DNA from: an uncultured SAR86 cluster bacterium | Lineage (GTDB): Bacteria; Pseudomonadota; Gammaproteobacteria; Magnimaribacterales; D2472 | NCBI GenBank assembly: GCA_902617045.1 | Contig: CACMVA010000004.1 | Span: forward strand, 1,976 to 65,975 | Direction of reading: 5' to 3' | Length of the DNA stretch: 64,000 nt | Shown: positions 1 through 12,189 of the stretch, one piece after another | Layout: each line of letters begins with the position of its first letter | Position numbering within the stretch: the first letter of the stretch is position 1 | Notes under the pieces: generated by a model | Databases searched by the model: none | The model's input: the letters and a program-made list of their open reading frames with translations, nothing else | What the model was told of the DNA's origin: nothing | Program-made: the position numbers and the translations under genes

Positions 1-348
1 AGAGGAAAAATTTGTGATAAAGATGCAATTGCTAGGGCATTAGAATCGGGTCAATTAAGTGGATATGCTGGAGACGTTTGGTTTCCTCAACCAGCACCTA
101 ATGATCATGTGTGGCGAACAATGCCCAATCATGGAATGACTCCTCATACTTCGGGAACGTCATTGTCTGCTCAGGCAAGGTATGCTGCTGGTGTAAGAGA
201 AATATTGGAGTGTTTCTTTGAAGGTAAACCTATTAGAGAGCCATATTTGATCGTTCAAAATGGAGATCTAGCTGGTATGGGTGCTCACTCTTATACCAAA
301 GGTACTGCAACTGACGGTTCTGAGGAAGCAGCGAAGTACCAAAAATAA
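1..348 (+). CDS. fdh: NAD-dependent formate dehydrogenase, C-terminal part (truncated by the window edge)
   Basis: Frame 1 is open from base 1: RGKICDKDAIARALESGQLSGYAGDVWFPQPAPNDHVWRTMPNHGMTPHTSGTSLSAQARYAAG. GDVWFPQP and MTPHxSG are hallmark motifs of the metal-independent NAD-FDH. Confidence 0.93.
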   Translation, partial: RGKICDKDAIARALESGQLSGYAGDVWFPQPAPNDHVWRTMPNHGMTPHTSGTSLSAQARYAAGVREILECFFEGKPIREPYLIVQNGDLAGMGAHSYTKGTATDGSEEAAKYQK

Positions 349-364
349 TCAATATATTTTCAAT

Positions 365-402
365 TAGAGATAGGGCACAACCCTATCTCTACCTCTTCTT
401 TT
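365..402 (+). terminator. Probable intrinsic terminator after fdh
   Basis: TAGAGATAGGG-cacaa-CCCTATCTCTA 11-bp stem, followed by a pyrimidine/T-rich tract. Confidence 0.7.
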
Positions 403-429
403 ATTTTTAAGTGTCCTTATATATAGTCT

Positions 430-1152
430 ATGAAAAAAAATGTCGCAGTAATTGGATCTTCTGGAGCAATTGGTAACGCTGTATCTAAAATTCTTCTAGA
501 TGATGAATCAATTGAATCTGTGTACAACTTTTCAAGATCTACTTCAGATAACTCTTCCGAGAAAAGCAAAAATATCTATATAGATATTGAAAGTGAAGAA
601 TCTATTAAAGATGCAGTTAATAAAATTCCAGATGATATAAGATTTGACTTAATATTTGTGGCCACAGGAATACTTCACAATGACAGTGATGTATATCCTG
701 AAAAAAGTATCCGTGATATCTCTGCTGATAAATTCAAGAAAGTTTTGATGATAAATACAGTTGGACCGGCGTTAATTGGTAAATACTTTATTCCTTTTCT
801 AAATAAAGATAATAAAAATGTTTTTGCTTTTCTAAGTGCTCGAGTTGGAAGTATTTCAGATAATAAGATTGGTGGCTGGTACTCTTATCGTGCAAGTAAA
901 ACGGCACTCAATCAAATAGTGAAAAATTTTAGTATAGAAATTAAAAGATCAAATCCAAATTCAATCTTTATAGGATTGCAGCCAGGTACTGTAAAAAGTA
1001 ATTTAAGTAAGCCATTTGAGAAGAATGTTAAGTCTGATAATCTTTTTACACCAGATCACAGTGCTTCAAAACTCTTAGAAGTTATTGATAGTCTAACTTC
1101 TGATGATTCTGGTAAATTTTACGCTTGGAATGGAGATGAAATTCAACCATAA
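430..1152 (+). CDS. Short-chain dehydrogenase/reductase, CsgA (C-factor)-like
   Basis: GSSGAIG Rossmann motif, PEKS, SARVGSISDN, catalytic YRASK, LQPGTV. Confidence 0.88.
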   Translation: MKKNVAVIGSSGAIGNAVSKILLDDESIESVYNFSRSTSDNSSEKSKNIYIDIESEESIKDAVNKIPDDIRFDLIFVATGILHNDSDVYPEKSIRDISADKFKKVLMINTVGPALIGKYFIPFLNKDNKNVFAFLSARVGSISDNKIGGWYSYRASKTALNQIVKNFSIEIKRSNPNSIFIGLQPGTVKSNLSKPFEKNVKSDNLFTPDHSASKLLEVIDSLTSDDSGKFYAWNGDEIQP

Positions 1153-1179
1153 AAAAACCCAGCATATAGCTGGGTTTTT
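1151..1179. terminator. Bidirectional intrinsic terminator between the convergent SDR and proteorhodopsin genes
   Basis: AAAAAAACCCAGC-atata-GCTGGGTTTTT with A/T tails on both sides. Confidence 0.85.
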
Positions 1180-1193
1180 CTGAATAATAAATA

Positions 1194-1925
1194 TTATTCT
1201 GAGTCGCTAACAGCAGCTACATAAATAGCTAAACCAAATGCGATTTTGTTAATAAAATCAGCATAGTTGTATATTAAGTTAGCGTTTGCCATGTCAGCAT
1301 TTGCTCCGACACCTACCCAATATCCTATTGGATAAATAGCCCAACCTATAGTAACAATTAATCTAATTGTTCCAAAGGCACTTTGAGCAGCAGCATTACC
1401 ACTTGAAGCATTAAGTTTTCCAGCTTCACCAGAAAATACTTCATAAATGATATATAACCAAGCAATTACTCCAACGATACCAGCTGCATTAGCTGGAGCA
1501 GAACCAGTTTCTCCCATGAAACCAGCAATAAGCATTACTAAAGATGCTCCAAGTAGTTTCCAGAAAAGACCAGAGCTTACGTTAGTGCAAACTTTAAGAA
1601 TCAAGTAGAACTCGATAATTTGAAGCGGCACTGTAATTAACCAGTCGATATATCTGTATACGGTAGGAGATGTACCTGTATCGGCCCAAACACCTCTCAT
1701 ATATAGATAATGCCAAAACGCCACACCAGTAACTAAACCAGCAACTGATAATGAAGTTTTCCATTTGCCGTGTACTCTATCTCTTTCAACAAAGAAGAAT
1801 ACTGTAGCAGCAAGCATAGCAGCAGTTACTATCCAGAATGACATTCCTGTCATATCACTTGTGCTTAGATCTGAAGCAAAAGCAGGAAGCGCAACCACGC
1901 CTGCAAGTGTTAATAAAAATTTCAT
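1194..1925 (-). CDS. Proteorhodopsin, DTE proton pump, blue-absorbing (Q105 type)
   Basis: FWHY (His75 equivalent), RYIDWLITVPLQIIEF (D97/T101/Q105/E108 equivalents), GWAIYP, retinal lysine in DFINK. Start moved to ATG 1925, which follows an AAGGAG SD and begins a signal peptide (MKFLLTLAGVVALPAFA). Confidence 0.97.
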   Translation of the reverse strand: MKFLLTLAGVVALPAFASDLSTSDMTGMSFWIVTAAMLAATVFFFVERDRVHGKWKTSLSVAGLVTGVAFWHYLYMRGVWADTGTSPTVYRYIDWLITVPLQIIEFYLILKVCTNVSSGLFWKLLGASLVMLIAGFMGETGSAPANAAGIVGVIAWLYIIYEVFSGEAGKLNASSGNAAAQSAFGTIRLIVTIGWAIYPIGYWVGVGANADMANANLIYNYADFINKIAFGLAIYVAAVSDSE

Positions 1926-2080
1926 ATATAACTCCTTATATAAGTAGTGGAGCAATAATTTACTCCCCCCATTTCATATGAACCTAATATGATACAAAAA
2001 ACTCAAAAATCTATCAAATTTAGGGTTTTTTCGTAAAATCGCATTTTTTTGAATTATTTTGATTAAATTCTAATGTTTAG

Positions 2081-3384
<1,304 letters not shown>

Positions 3385-3387
3385 GTC

Positions 3388-4722
3388 TTATTTAAGTAAA
3401 TTATTAATTTCTACAATATCACTAGGATTTATTGTTCCAGCAGCAAGTGCTAGTCTCAAGTTTGCAAGGATATAGTCATATTTTGCATTAGCGAGATTTT
3501 TTTCAGCGCTATATAAGTTCTTTTCTGCCTGAAGTAGATCCACAACATTCCTAGTTCCAACTTTGTATCCCACCTGAGTTGCCTCTAGAGCACTTGTTGC
3601 AGAAACCACTGCTTGTTCTTGAGCTTCTACATTTGCAACTAAGGTGACTACGTTTGAGAACTGAGATCTTACTTCTTGAATAACTCTCCTTTCAGTGAAG
3701 AGAGTATTTTCATCAGCTTCATTATATTGAGAGTATGCTTGCTTTCTTCTTGAACTTACAGCTCCACCTTGAAAGATCGGTACACTCAATTGAATTGCAT
3801 AATTTCTTCTACCAGTCACGGCAGGTACAGGAATTCCTTGACCATTAATCTCGAATCCTTCGTAGTTAAATTGATTAGTTTCAGATTCTGATCCAGAACC
3901 CACTATATCTATTTTTGGAAGATGATTAGAAGCAGCACTTCTTGCATTGCTTTTGGCTGCATCTTTTCTTAAATAAGCTGCCTTTAGTTGATAATTATTT
4001 TCTAATGCTGTTTTTACCCATTCTTCTTTAGAATTTGGAAATGGGGATGAAACGCTAAGACCTTCACCCAACTCATCAAGGGAAAATATCTCCCTTCCAA
4101 TTAGAGCATTTAAAGCTTCTCTTGCAGAAAATAAATTACCCTCACTGTTAATCCTTGAAGCTTTACTTAGATCAAATGCTAATTGTGCTTCTTGAACACC
4201 AGTGATTGCTGATAGACCTACCTCGAATCTTTGTTGAGCTTGGTCAAGTTGTTTTTTTATTGCTTTTTCTTCTGAAATCGCAGCATTCAAATTATCTATA
4301 GCTCTTAAAACTCCAAAATATAATTCAGCCGTTCTTAATAAAAGATTTTGTTGTTGATATGCAAAATCTGCTTCTGCAGCATTTGTTAAAGATTTTGATC
4401 TTTTAAAATTAAACCATGTATCAAGTCTAAAAAGTGGTTGCGATACTCTGGCAGATTTAGAAAACGAGTTATATTCCTGTTGAAGAACATCATTTTGATA
4501 ATATTCATTCCAGTTTGTTGAGCCACTTAAGGTTATGCTTGGTAAAAGCGCTGCTCTTCCTTGGACAACTATTTGTTTGTCAGCTAGATATGAGTATTCA
4601 GCTGCCTTGTATGTTGGATCATTTTCTAGAGCCTCGTTATATATTTCTAAGATATTTTCAGAATTAATATTAGAACTTATTATAAAAATAAAAATAAACT
4701 TTAATCTTTTTAAATGCAGCAT
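3388..4722 (-). CDS. tolC: Outer membrane channel TolC
   Basis: Signal peptide, ALENDP, ALLPSI, RFEVGLSAIT, GYKVGTRNVVDLL, AKYDY; divergent from parE as in other gammaproteobacteria. Confidence 0.92.
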   Translation of the reverse strand: MLHLKRLKFIFIFIISSNINSENILEIYNEALENDPTYKAAEYSYLADKQIVVQGRAALLPSITLSGSTNWNEYYQNDVLQQEYNSFSKSARVSQPLFRLDTWFNFKRSKSLTNAAEADFAYQQQNLLLRTAELYFGVLRAIDNLNAAISEEKAIKKQLDQAQQRFEVGLSAITGVQEAQLAFDLSKASRINSEGNLFSAREALNALIGREIFSLDELGEGLSVSSPFPNSKEEWVKTALENNYQLKAAYLRKDAAKSNARSAASNHLPKIDIVGSGSESETNQFNYEGFEINGQGIPVPAVTGRRNYAIQLSVPIFQGGAVSSRRKQAYSQYNEADENTLFTERRVIQEVRSQFSNVVTLVANVEAQEQAVVSATSALEATQVGYKVGTRNVVDLLQAEKNLYSAEKNLANAKYDYILANLRLALAAGTINPSDIVEINNLLK

Positions 4723-4745
4723 AGTTTCATTTTAACCCATTTAAT

Positions 4746-4768
4746 TAATGTGTGCAGTGTAAACATTA
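4746..4768 (-). promoter_or_regulatory. Putative TetR-family operator upstream of tolC
   Basis: Minus strand TAATGTTTACACTGCACACATTA matches the operator at 35158-35180 at 21/23 positions; 23 bp upstream of the tolC ATG. Confidence 0.72.
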
Positions 4769-4937
4769 TTAAAATAATTACAATAGTTAATAAATCATTG
4801 ACTATATAAAATTTAAAAAGTTCAAATAAAGCGTTTTTTCTATTTGTTTAGAGTAGAATATCTAAAATTAAAAAAACTTTTTATGAAAAAAAATATTTAC
4901 AAAAGTTTTTACAAATTATCTTTAAAGGCATAACAAG

Positions 4938-6830
4938 TTGGCCAAGAATACATACGACTCAAAAGCAATTGAAGTTCTTTCTGGTCTTGACCCTGTCAAA
5001 AAAAGACCAGGGATGTATACGGATACCTCATGCCCAAATCATTTAATACAAGAAGTTCTTGATAATTCCGTTGATGAGGCAATCTCAGGACATTGTACAA
5101 ATATTAAAATTAAGATTCAGAAGGATGGATTTATAAATGTTTCTGATGATGGAAGAGGGATGCCGGTTGATATTCACCCTGAACATAAGCTTAGTGGAGT
5201 CGAACTAATACTATGCAAATTACATGCAGGGGCTAAATTTTCAGGTGATGAATATAATTTTTCAGGCGGCCTTCACGGCGTAGGAGTTTCAGTTGTTAAT
5301 GCATTATCAGAATCACTGCAAGTTAACATCAAAAGAGACTCAAAAGAACATGAGATGAGGTTTTCAAATGGCGATAAAAAAAATGAATTAAAAGTTGTTG
5401 GTGATGTTGGTTTGAGAAATACAGGAACTTCAATAAAATTCAAACCAAATCCAGAGTATTTTGAATCTGACAAAATCAAAACAAAAGAGTTAAAGCATTT
5501 ACTAAAAGCAAAAGCTGTTTTATGTCCAGGATTAACAATTGATTTTCATGATGAATCAAAGAAAGAAAAAATTAAATGGTTTTATGAAGACGGATTAAAG
5601 AGCTATTTAGAAGATCAATCAGACGGAATTGATTTAATTCTGAGTGAATCGATAGTTTCCTCAAATTCTTCAAAAGATCAAGAGGTTGAATTTGTAATTA
5701 ATTGGACATCTAAACCTTACAAAAACAAACTTGATGAAACATATGTAAACTTAATTCCTACTGCTCAAGGTGGATCTCATTTAAATGGCTTTAAGTCTGG
5801 TCTTTTAGATGCATTAAAAGAGTTTTGTGAATATCGAAGTTTGCTACCAAAGGGACTTAAGATAAATGCAGATGACGTAATAAATAATGCTATTTTTGTT
5901 GTTTCATCAAAGATGCAGAACCCTCAATTTGCTGGTCAAACAAAAGAAAGGCTTGATTCTAAGGATCATATGACTTTTGTATCTGGTTCTACGAAAGACA
6001 TTCTAAGTATTTGGTTTAATAAACATACTGAGGAAGGTGAAAAAATAGCAGAACTAGCAATTATATCTGCTCAAGCAAGAGTTAAGGCATCATCCACTGT
6101 AGAAAGAAAGAAAACTTTTAAAGGACCTGCTTTACCTGGAAAGCTTTCCGATTGTAACAGCGAAGATCTAAATAAAACTGAATTATTTTTAGTCGAAGGA
6201 GATTCTGCTGGTGGTTCAGCAAAACAAGCACGAGAAAGATCATTTCAAGCAATAATGCCACTTAGAGGAAAAATTCTAAACACATGGGACTTAGAGAGTA
6301 GTGAAATAATTAAGTCCCAAGAAATAAAAAATCTTTCTACTGCGATTGGAGTTCTGCCTGGAAATGCGGATGTATCCTCCTTGAGGTATGGGAAAATATG
6401 TATTTTAGCTGATGCTGATTCAGATGGCTTACATATTGCTACTTTATTGTGCGCATTATTTTTAAGACATTTTAAGCCACTTGTAAACGATGGGAGAATT
6501 TTCATTGCAATGCCCCCACTTTACAGAGTCGACTGTGGAAAAGAGGTTTTATATGCGTTAGATGAATTACAAAAAGATAAAATAGTTAAAGATTTTAAAA
6601 ATAAAAAGGGCAAACCAAAAATTAATATACAAAGATTTAAAGGCTTGGGTGAAATGAATCCATCTCAGCTAAGAGAAACTGTTATGGATCCAGAATCAAG
6701 ACAACTAGTTAGGTTATCAATTTCAGCTACCGATAATGCAAATGCAATGATGGATCTTTTACTTTCAAAGAAAAATGCGCCGGCAAGGAAAGAGTGGCTT
6801 GAAAAGAAAGGTTCACTAGTGAGGATGTAG
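4938..6830 (+). CDS. parE: DNA topoisomerase IV subunit B
   Basis: [59 protein letters not shown]; 630 aa, followed by parC. Confidence 0.96.
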   Translation: MAKNTYDSKAIEVLSGLDPVKKRPGMYTDTSCPNHLIQEVLDNSVDEAISGHCTNIKIKIQKDGFINVSDDGRGMPVDIHPEHKLSGVELILCKLHAGAKFSGDEYNFSGGLHGVGVSVVNALSESLQVNIKRDSKEHEMRFSNGDKKNELKVVGDVGLRNTGTSIKFKPNPEYFESDKIKTKELKHLLKAKAVLCPGLTIDFHDESKKEKIKWFYEDGLKSYLEDQSDGIDLILSESIVSSNSSKDQEVEFVINWTSKPYKNKLDETYVNLIPTAQGGSHLNGFKSGLLDALKEFCEYRSLLPKGLKINADDVINNAIFVVSSKMQNPQFAGQTKERLDSKDHMTFVSGSTKDILSIWFNKHTEEGEKIAELAIISAQARVKASSTVERKKTFKGPALPGKLSDCNSEDLNKTELFLVEGDSAGGSAKQARERSFQAIMPLRGKILNTWDLESSEIIKSQEIKNLSTAIGVLPGNADVSSLRYGKICILADADSDGLHIATLLCALFLRHFKPLVNDGRIFIAMPPLYRVDCGKEVLYALDELQKDKIVKDFKNKKGKPKINIQRFKGLGEMNPSQLRETVMDPESRQLVRLSISATDNANAMMDLLLSKKNAPARKEWLEKKGSLVRM

Positions 6831-6832
6831 GA

Positions 6833-9079
6833 ATGCCAAAAGATCAATCTAATTCAATTAGCCTCAAAAAATACGCTGAGGAATCTTATTTAAATTACGC
6901 GATGTATGTCATTCTTGATCGGGCACTTCCAAATGTTGGTGATGGTTTAAAACCTGTTCAAAGAAGAATTTTGTATGCTATGTCAGAATTAGGACTAGAT
7001 GCAGGCTCGAAATATAAAAAATCTGCACGTACAGTTGGAGACGTAATCGGAAAATTCCATCCTCATGGTGATAGTGCTGCATATGAAGCCATGGTTTTAA
7101 TGGCTCAAAACTTCTCATTTAAATATCCATTAGTTGATGGTCAAGGAAATTGGGGTTCTCAAGATGACCCAAAATCCTTTGCAGCAATGAGATATACAGA
7201 ATCAAAGTTAACAAATTTTGCAAATCTACTAATTTCTGAACTTAAGTCTGGAACTGTTGACTGGCAGCCAAACTTTGATGGCTCATTACTAGAGCCGGTA
7301 ATTTTTCCTGCAAAAATACCTATGATTCTTTTAAATGGCACATCTGGAATAGCTGTGGGTATGGCAACAGATATCCCATCTCATAATATAAATGAAGTTA
7401 TTGATGCTACTATAAAAATACTTGAGAAACCTAAGTCAGATCTAAAAGATTTACTTAAAATCATTAAGGGTCCTGATTTTTCAAATGATGCTTCTATTGT
7501 TGCAAGTCCAGAAGAGTTGGAAGAGATGTATTCATCAGGCAGAGGAGGTTTTAAAGTTCAAGCTCAGTGGAGGCAAGACAAGAACCAGATAATTATTAAT
7601 GCACTCCCATATCAGGCTTCAGGTTCAAAAATATTAGAGCAAATAGCAGAACAAATGATCAATAAAAAACTTCCTATGGTCGTTGATTTAGCTGATGAGG
7701 GTGATCATGAAGATCCAATACGATTAGTAATTACCTTGAAATCAAATAGAGTTAATGCCGAAGATGTAATGAATCATCTCTATGCTTCCACAGATCTTCA
7801 AAAAAATTATAGAGTCAACATGAACCTTATTTCATTGAAAGGCGGACCAAAAGTTTTCTCACTTGTTGACCTTCTAAAAGAATGGGTAATCTTTAGAAAA
7901 GATACTGTAAAACGAAAGCTTGAACATCGTCTTGATCAAGTTAACGATAGGCTGCATATTCTTGAAGGGCTGCTAACAATCTTTGTTGATTTAGATAAAG
8001 TAATAAAAATCATTAGAAACTCAGATGAACCAAAGAAAGAATTAATAAAAGCATTTAAATTGTCTGAGATCCAAGCAAATGCAATTTTAGAAATTAGGCT
8101 AAGGCAATTAGCAAAGTTAGAACAGCTTAAAATAGAAAATGAAAGAAATGAATTGGTTGATGAACAAGATGATATTGAAAAAATTTTAAAATCAAAATCA
8201 AGACTCAAAACATTAATTAAGAATGAATTAAATGAAATTAAAGAACTATTTGGAGAAGAGAGAAAATCACCAATTATTGAATCAACAAATGCAAAGATTT
8301 TTTCTGAGGAACAAACAATTGTTACAGAGCCTATCACCGTAGTTTTATCAAAAGCTGGATGGGTGAGAAGTGCAAAAGGACATGACATCGATCCAAATAC
8401 ACTGTCATACAGAGGAGATGACTCTCTGCAAGATTTTGCAAGAGGCAGAAGCAATCAGCTGGCTGTTTTCCTTGACTCAAATGGGAAGGCATACTCAATA
8501 CAAAGTCATTCTTTACCATCTGCAAGGGGTATGGGTGAACCAATTACTGGAAGACTAAATGCTGATTCGGGTGTCCAATTTATTTCTTCGGTAATTGGAG
8601 TTGAAGGAAATAAATTTTTGATAATGAATACCGCAGGATATGGTTATATTTCTGAATATCAGAACATGATCTCAAATAAAAAAACGGGAAGGGCATTCAT
8701 GAAGTTACCTGATAATGCAAAAATGTTGAAAGCTATTCCTGTAAAAGATAATCATACTCATATAGCTGCAGTTTCAAATATTGGGAAGCTTTTAATTTTT
8801 AATATAGAGGAGTTACCAATTCTTGGAAAAGGTAAGGGCAATAAGATAATAAATATACCAAAAGATAAACTTGCTGCTGGAGAGGAATTTATGGCACATG
8901 CTCAACTCCTTGCAGATGATAGTTCTCTCAAAATAGAGGTAGGTAAAAGATCTGTAACCTTAAAACCAAAAGATTGGTCAGAGTATGTTCTTTCAAGGGC
9001 TAAGAGAGGAAAAAAAGTTGGTAAATTAATAAATATTGAAAGGTTGATAGAAGAACCAAAATCTCTAGAAGAACAATAA
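6833..9079 (+). CDS. parC: DNA topoisomerase IV subunit A
   Basis: [31 protein letters not shown] catalytic tyrosine. Confidence 0.96.
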   Translation: MPKDQSNSISLKKYAEESYLNYAMYVILDRALPNVGDGLKPVQRRILYAMSELGLDAGSKYKKSARTVGDVIGKFHPHGDSAAYEAMVLMAQNFSFKYPLVDGQGNWGSQDDPKSFAAMRYTESKLTNFANLLISELKSGTVDWQPNFDGSLLEPVIFPAKIPMILLNGTSGIAVGMATDIPSHNINEVIDATIKILEKPKSDLKDLLKIIKGPDFSNDASIVASPEELEEMYSSGRGGFKVQAQWRQDKNQIIINALPYQASGSKILEQIAEQMINKKLPMVVDLADEGDHEDPIRLVITLKSNRVNAEDVMNHLYASTDLQKNYRVNMNLISLKGGPKVFSLVDLLKEWVIFRKDTVKRKLEHRLDQVNDRLHILEGLLTIFVDLDKVIKIIRNSDEPKKELIKAFKLSEIQANAILEIRLRQLAKLEQLKIENERNELVDEQDDIEKILKSKSRLKTLIKNELNEIKELFGEERKSPIIESTNAKIFSEEQTIVTEPITVVLSKAGWVRSAKGHDIDPNTLSYRGDDSLQDFARGRSNQLAVFLDSNGKAYSIQSHSLPSARGMGEPITGRLNADSGVQFISSVIGVEGNKFLIMNTAGYGYISEYQNMISNKKTGRAFMKLPDNAKMLKAIPVKDNHTHIAAVSNIGKLLIFNIEELPILGKGKGNKIINIPKDKLAAGEEFMAHAQLLADDSSLKIEVGKRSVTLKPKDWSEYVLSRAKRGKKVGKLINIERLIEEPKSLEEQ

Positions 9080-9103
9080 TTTACTAGAAAAGGATTTAAA
9101 AAA

Positions 9104-9598
9104 TTGATTTCAGTTGAAAAAAAAGAAAGTTCTAGTTATTTAATTTCTTTAAGTCCAAATAGCTCACTAGTTGGTATATATAGAGTCATCTTTCTAGCAA
9201 GCATAACTTTGGTTTGTGGAGGAATAGCAACTATTTTTTATTTTTTTGGGGCAGCATTAATTCTTCCATTTGCTGGATTAGAATTGACTATATTATTTAT
9301 CGCATTTTATCTAAGCTTTAGATGGAGCAGCAAAAAAGAACAGATTTATATCTCTCAAGATATTGTAAGAATAGAAAAAGGTATTAAAAAAGCAGAGTAC
9401 TCTTGGGAGGAATTTCGAACTTTTACATCATTTCAGGTTAAAAGAAATAAAGATAAAAGTTTAAGATTAAGCTTTAGATCAAAAGGCGAGGATGTCCACG
9501 TTGGTGATTTTCTTAATGAGGACGACAAAAACTTATTGAGAGATACTATCAGTGAAATTATTGAAGACCTAAATTCTTTATCTAATCCTTCCAACTAG
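9104..9598 (+). CDS. DUF2244-like integral membrane protein
   Basis: LSPNSSL, two hydrophobic segments with LILPFAGLE, VGDFLNEDDK. Confidence 0.75.
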   Translation: MISVEKKESSSYLISLSPNSSLVGIYRVIFLASITLVCGGIATIFYFFGAALILPFAGLELTILFIAFYLSFRWSSKKEQIYISQDIVRIEKGIKKAEYSWEEFRTFTSFQVKRNKDKSLRLSFRSKGEDVHVGDFLNEDDKNLLRDTISEIIEDLNSLSNPSN

Positions 9599-10838
9599 GA
9601 AGTTTCTTTTTTACCTCGACTAGTTTTAATTTTTGAGAATGAGGAATGCCATTTTTAAACTTTGGATATGCTTCTCCTTGAATAAGAGGCTTGAGATATT
9701 TAATTGCTTTTGCAGTTACATCAAACCCATCTTTTGATATAAATGAATTTGGCAGTTTTTTTTCAACATTAGCTATTTTTGATAATGGTGCTGGTATTAT
9801 CTTCCATGAATATTTTTCGCTCTTAGATCTAACAATAATAGGCATAACACCATTCAATCCTTTGATAGCATATCTTACGGCATGAACTCCAACAGCCTCA
9901 GCATGAAGTAAATCTGTCTTTGAAGAAATATGACGAGCACTTCTTTGTAAATAATCAGAAACAGCCCAATGATTTTTTAAATTTAGTTTTTGTGAAATTA
10001 ATCCTGCTAAATATGGTGCCACTCCTCCAAGTTGCGAATGACCAAAAGCATCTTTTCTATCTGATTCGGCTAAAAATTTTCCTTTACTATTTTTCACGCC
10101 TTCGGAAGCAACTATTACACAATATCCATTTTTTTTAATAACATCTTTTACCTTATTTAAAAATTTAACCTGATTAAATCTTATTTCTGGTAATAAAATT
10201 ATATGAGGCGCATCTTTTTGATCAATTCTTGCTAAGGCAGATGATGCAGCCATCCAACCTGCATGTCTTCCCATCACCTCTAAAATAAAAACTTTTGTTG
10301 ATGTTTCAGACATAGATGCTACATCTAGAGATGCTTCCATTGTAGATGTGGCTATATACTTTGCTGCAGAACCAAATCCAGGGCAACAATCTGTTTCTGC
10401 TAAATCATTGTCAACAGTCTTTGGTATTGCAATGCAATTGATTGGATAACCAAGCTTCTTACTTATCTGAGAAACCTTATAAGCCGTATCAGCAGAATCA
10501 TTTCCACCGTTATAGAAAAAATAACCAATATTATGAGCTTTAAAAACTTCTACTAATCTTATGTATTCTTTTTTATTTTCCTCAAAGCTTTTTAACTTAA
10601 ATCTACAAGAACCAAATGCTCCTCCTGGAGTTGACTTAAGAGAATTGATAGCAGATTTGCTTTCTTTTGATGTGTCGATTAATTCCTCTTTAAGTGCGCC
10701 TAGAATTCCATTCTTTCCAGCATAAACTTTACCAATTTTTGATTTATATTTTTTTGATTCTAAAATTACTGATGCAGCAGTAGCGTTTATAACTGAGGTT
10801 ACTCCACCTGATTGAGCATAAAATGCATTTTTTTTCAT
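9582..10838 (-). CDS. pfp: 6-phosphofructokinase, pyrophosphate-dependent type
   Basis: AQSGG, GGNDS, PKTVDND, EVMGRHAGW; the Asp and Lys signature residues are those of PPi-PFK. Confidence 0.85.
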   Translation of the reverse strand: MKKNAFYAQSGGVTSVINATAASVILESKKYKSKIGKVYAGKNGILGALKEELIDTSKESKSAINSLKSTPGGAFGSCRFKLKSFEENKKEYIRLVEVFKAHNIGYFFYNGGNDSADTAYKVSQISKKLGYPINCIAIPKTVDNDLAETDCCPGFGSAAKYIATSTMEASLDVASMSETSTKVFILEVMGRHAGWMAASSALARIDQKDAPHIILLPEIRFNQVKFLNKVKDVIKKNGYCVIVASEGVKNSKGKFLAESDRKDAFGHSQLGGVAPYLAGLISQKLNLKNHWAVSDYLQRSARHISSKTDLLHAEAVGVHAVRYAIKGLNGVMPIIVRSKSEKYSWKIIPAPLSKIANVEKKLPNSFISKDGFDVTAKAIKYLKPLIQGEAYPKFKNGIPHSQKLKLVEVKKKLPSWKD

Positions 10839-10890
10839 TATTTCCCCGCTTTAGCTTTGAATAAAATTCAAGTGTCGTATTATAACTAAT

Positions 10891-12189
10891 ATGAGAATAC
10901 ATATCCTAGGCATTTGTGGAACCTTTATGGCTGGTCTTGCACAAATTCTAAAGGAATCTGGACACGATGTTTCTGGAGCAGATGCTAAGTTCTATCCACC
11001 AATGTCTGATTATTTAAAAAAAATAGGCATTAAAACAATTCAAGGCTATGAGAAAAAATCTCTCCCTGAAGCTGATCTTTATGTAATTGGTAATGCTTTA
11101 TCGAGGGGAAATGAGTGTGTAGAAGAAATTTTAGATCAAAAATTACTATACGTTTCTGGACCTGAAATGTTAGGAAAGGAATTAAAAAATAGAAATGTTT
11201 TTGCAATATCTGGAACGCATGGAAAAACAACAACTTCATATATGTTAGCGCATATATTTTTAGATCAAGGAAGAGAAATTGGATATCTTGTCGGGGGCAT
11301 TTCTGATGATTTTGATAATCCAGCATGCTTAGGAAAAGATCCTATTTTTGTTATTGAAGCTGATGAATATGATTCTGCTTTTTTTGATAAACGCTCAAAA
11401 TTTATTCACTACTCTCCTACTAATCTAATTATAAATAATATCGAATTTGATCATGCGGACATATTTAACGACATCGAAGATATCAAAAAACAATTTCACC
11501 ATCTAATAAAAATTATTAAATCATCAGGCAATATTATTTATTTTGATGATGATAGTGCCTCCAAAGAAGTAATTGAAAAAGGAATTTGGTGTAACAGAAT
11601 TGGAATAAATTCAAATGGAGTAAAAGCTGACTTTGAATCTAAAGAATTAATAATAGATGATGAAATATTTCAATTGAACGAACTTCCATTAATAGGTGAA
11701 CATAACTTTAAAAATTATGTTTGTTCAATATTAGCAGCTAAGCTTGTGGGAATTTCAGAAACAGAATCAATTAATTCTCTTAAAAAATTTAAGGGTGTTA
11801 AAAGAAGAATGGATTTCATTAAAGAAATTTCAGGCATAAGAATATATGATGATTTTGCTCATCATCCAACAGCAATAAAATTATCATGTAGAGCAATCCG
11901 AAATAAATATTCAGATAAAAAAATTCTTGGTCTTATCGAGTTGGGTTCAAACACGATGTCATCAGGTTACCATAAAGAAAATTTGATAAATTCTTTTGAT
12001 TCATTGGACGAATTTTTAATGTTAGATCCTAACAAGAATTATAAAATTAATAATGCGTTTGATTCTGAAAATGAACTTTTAAAAGATTTGGAAGAAAAAA
12101 TTTTTGACTATGATATTATTTTGATTATGACTAACAAAGATAGTCAAAAGTTTATAAATCCAATAATTAATAGCATTGAAAAAAAATAA
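10891..12189 (+). CDS. mpl: Murein peptide ligase
   Basis: HILGICGTFM, YPPMS, GTHGKTTT, EADEYDSAFFDKRSKF, DDFAHHPTA. Confidence 0.95.
   Translation: MRIHILGICGTFMAGLAQILKESGHDVSGADAKFYPPMSDYLKKIGIKTIQGYEKKSLPEADLYVIGNALSRGNECVEEILDQKLLYVSGPEMLGKELKNRNVFAISGTHGKTTTSYMLAHIFLDQGREIGYLVGGISDDFDNPACLGKDPIFVIEADEYDSAFFDKRSKFIHYSPTNLIINNIEFDHADIFNDIEDIKKQFHHLIKIIKSSGNIIYFDDDSASKEVIEKGIWCNRIGINSNGVKADFESKELIIDDEIFQLNELPLIGEHNFKNYVCSILAAKLVGISETESINSLKKFKGVKRRMDFIKEISGIRIYDDFAHHPTAIKLSCRAIRNKYSDKKILGLIELGSNTMSSGYHKENLINSFDSLDEFLMLDPNKNYKINNAFDSENELLKDLEEKIFDYDIILIMTNKDSQKFINPIINSIEKK

Noticed and set aside
4883-4933. 16-codon ORF MKKNIYKSFYKLSLKA just before the parE TTG start
   Set aside because: No SD and no informative residues; expected by chance in very AT-rich DNA
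4770-4937. AT-rich tolC-parE gap as a possible replication origin or dif site
   Set aside because: No DnaA boxes (TTATCCACA) or XerC/D consensus visible; consistent with a divergent promoter region
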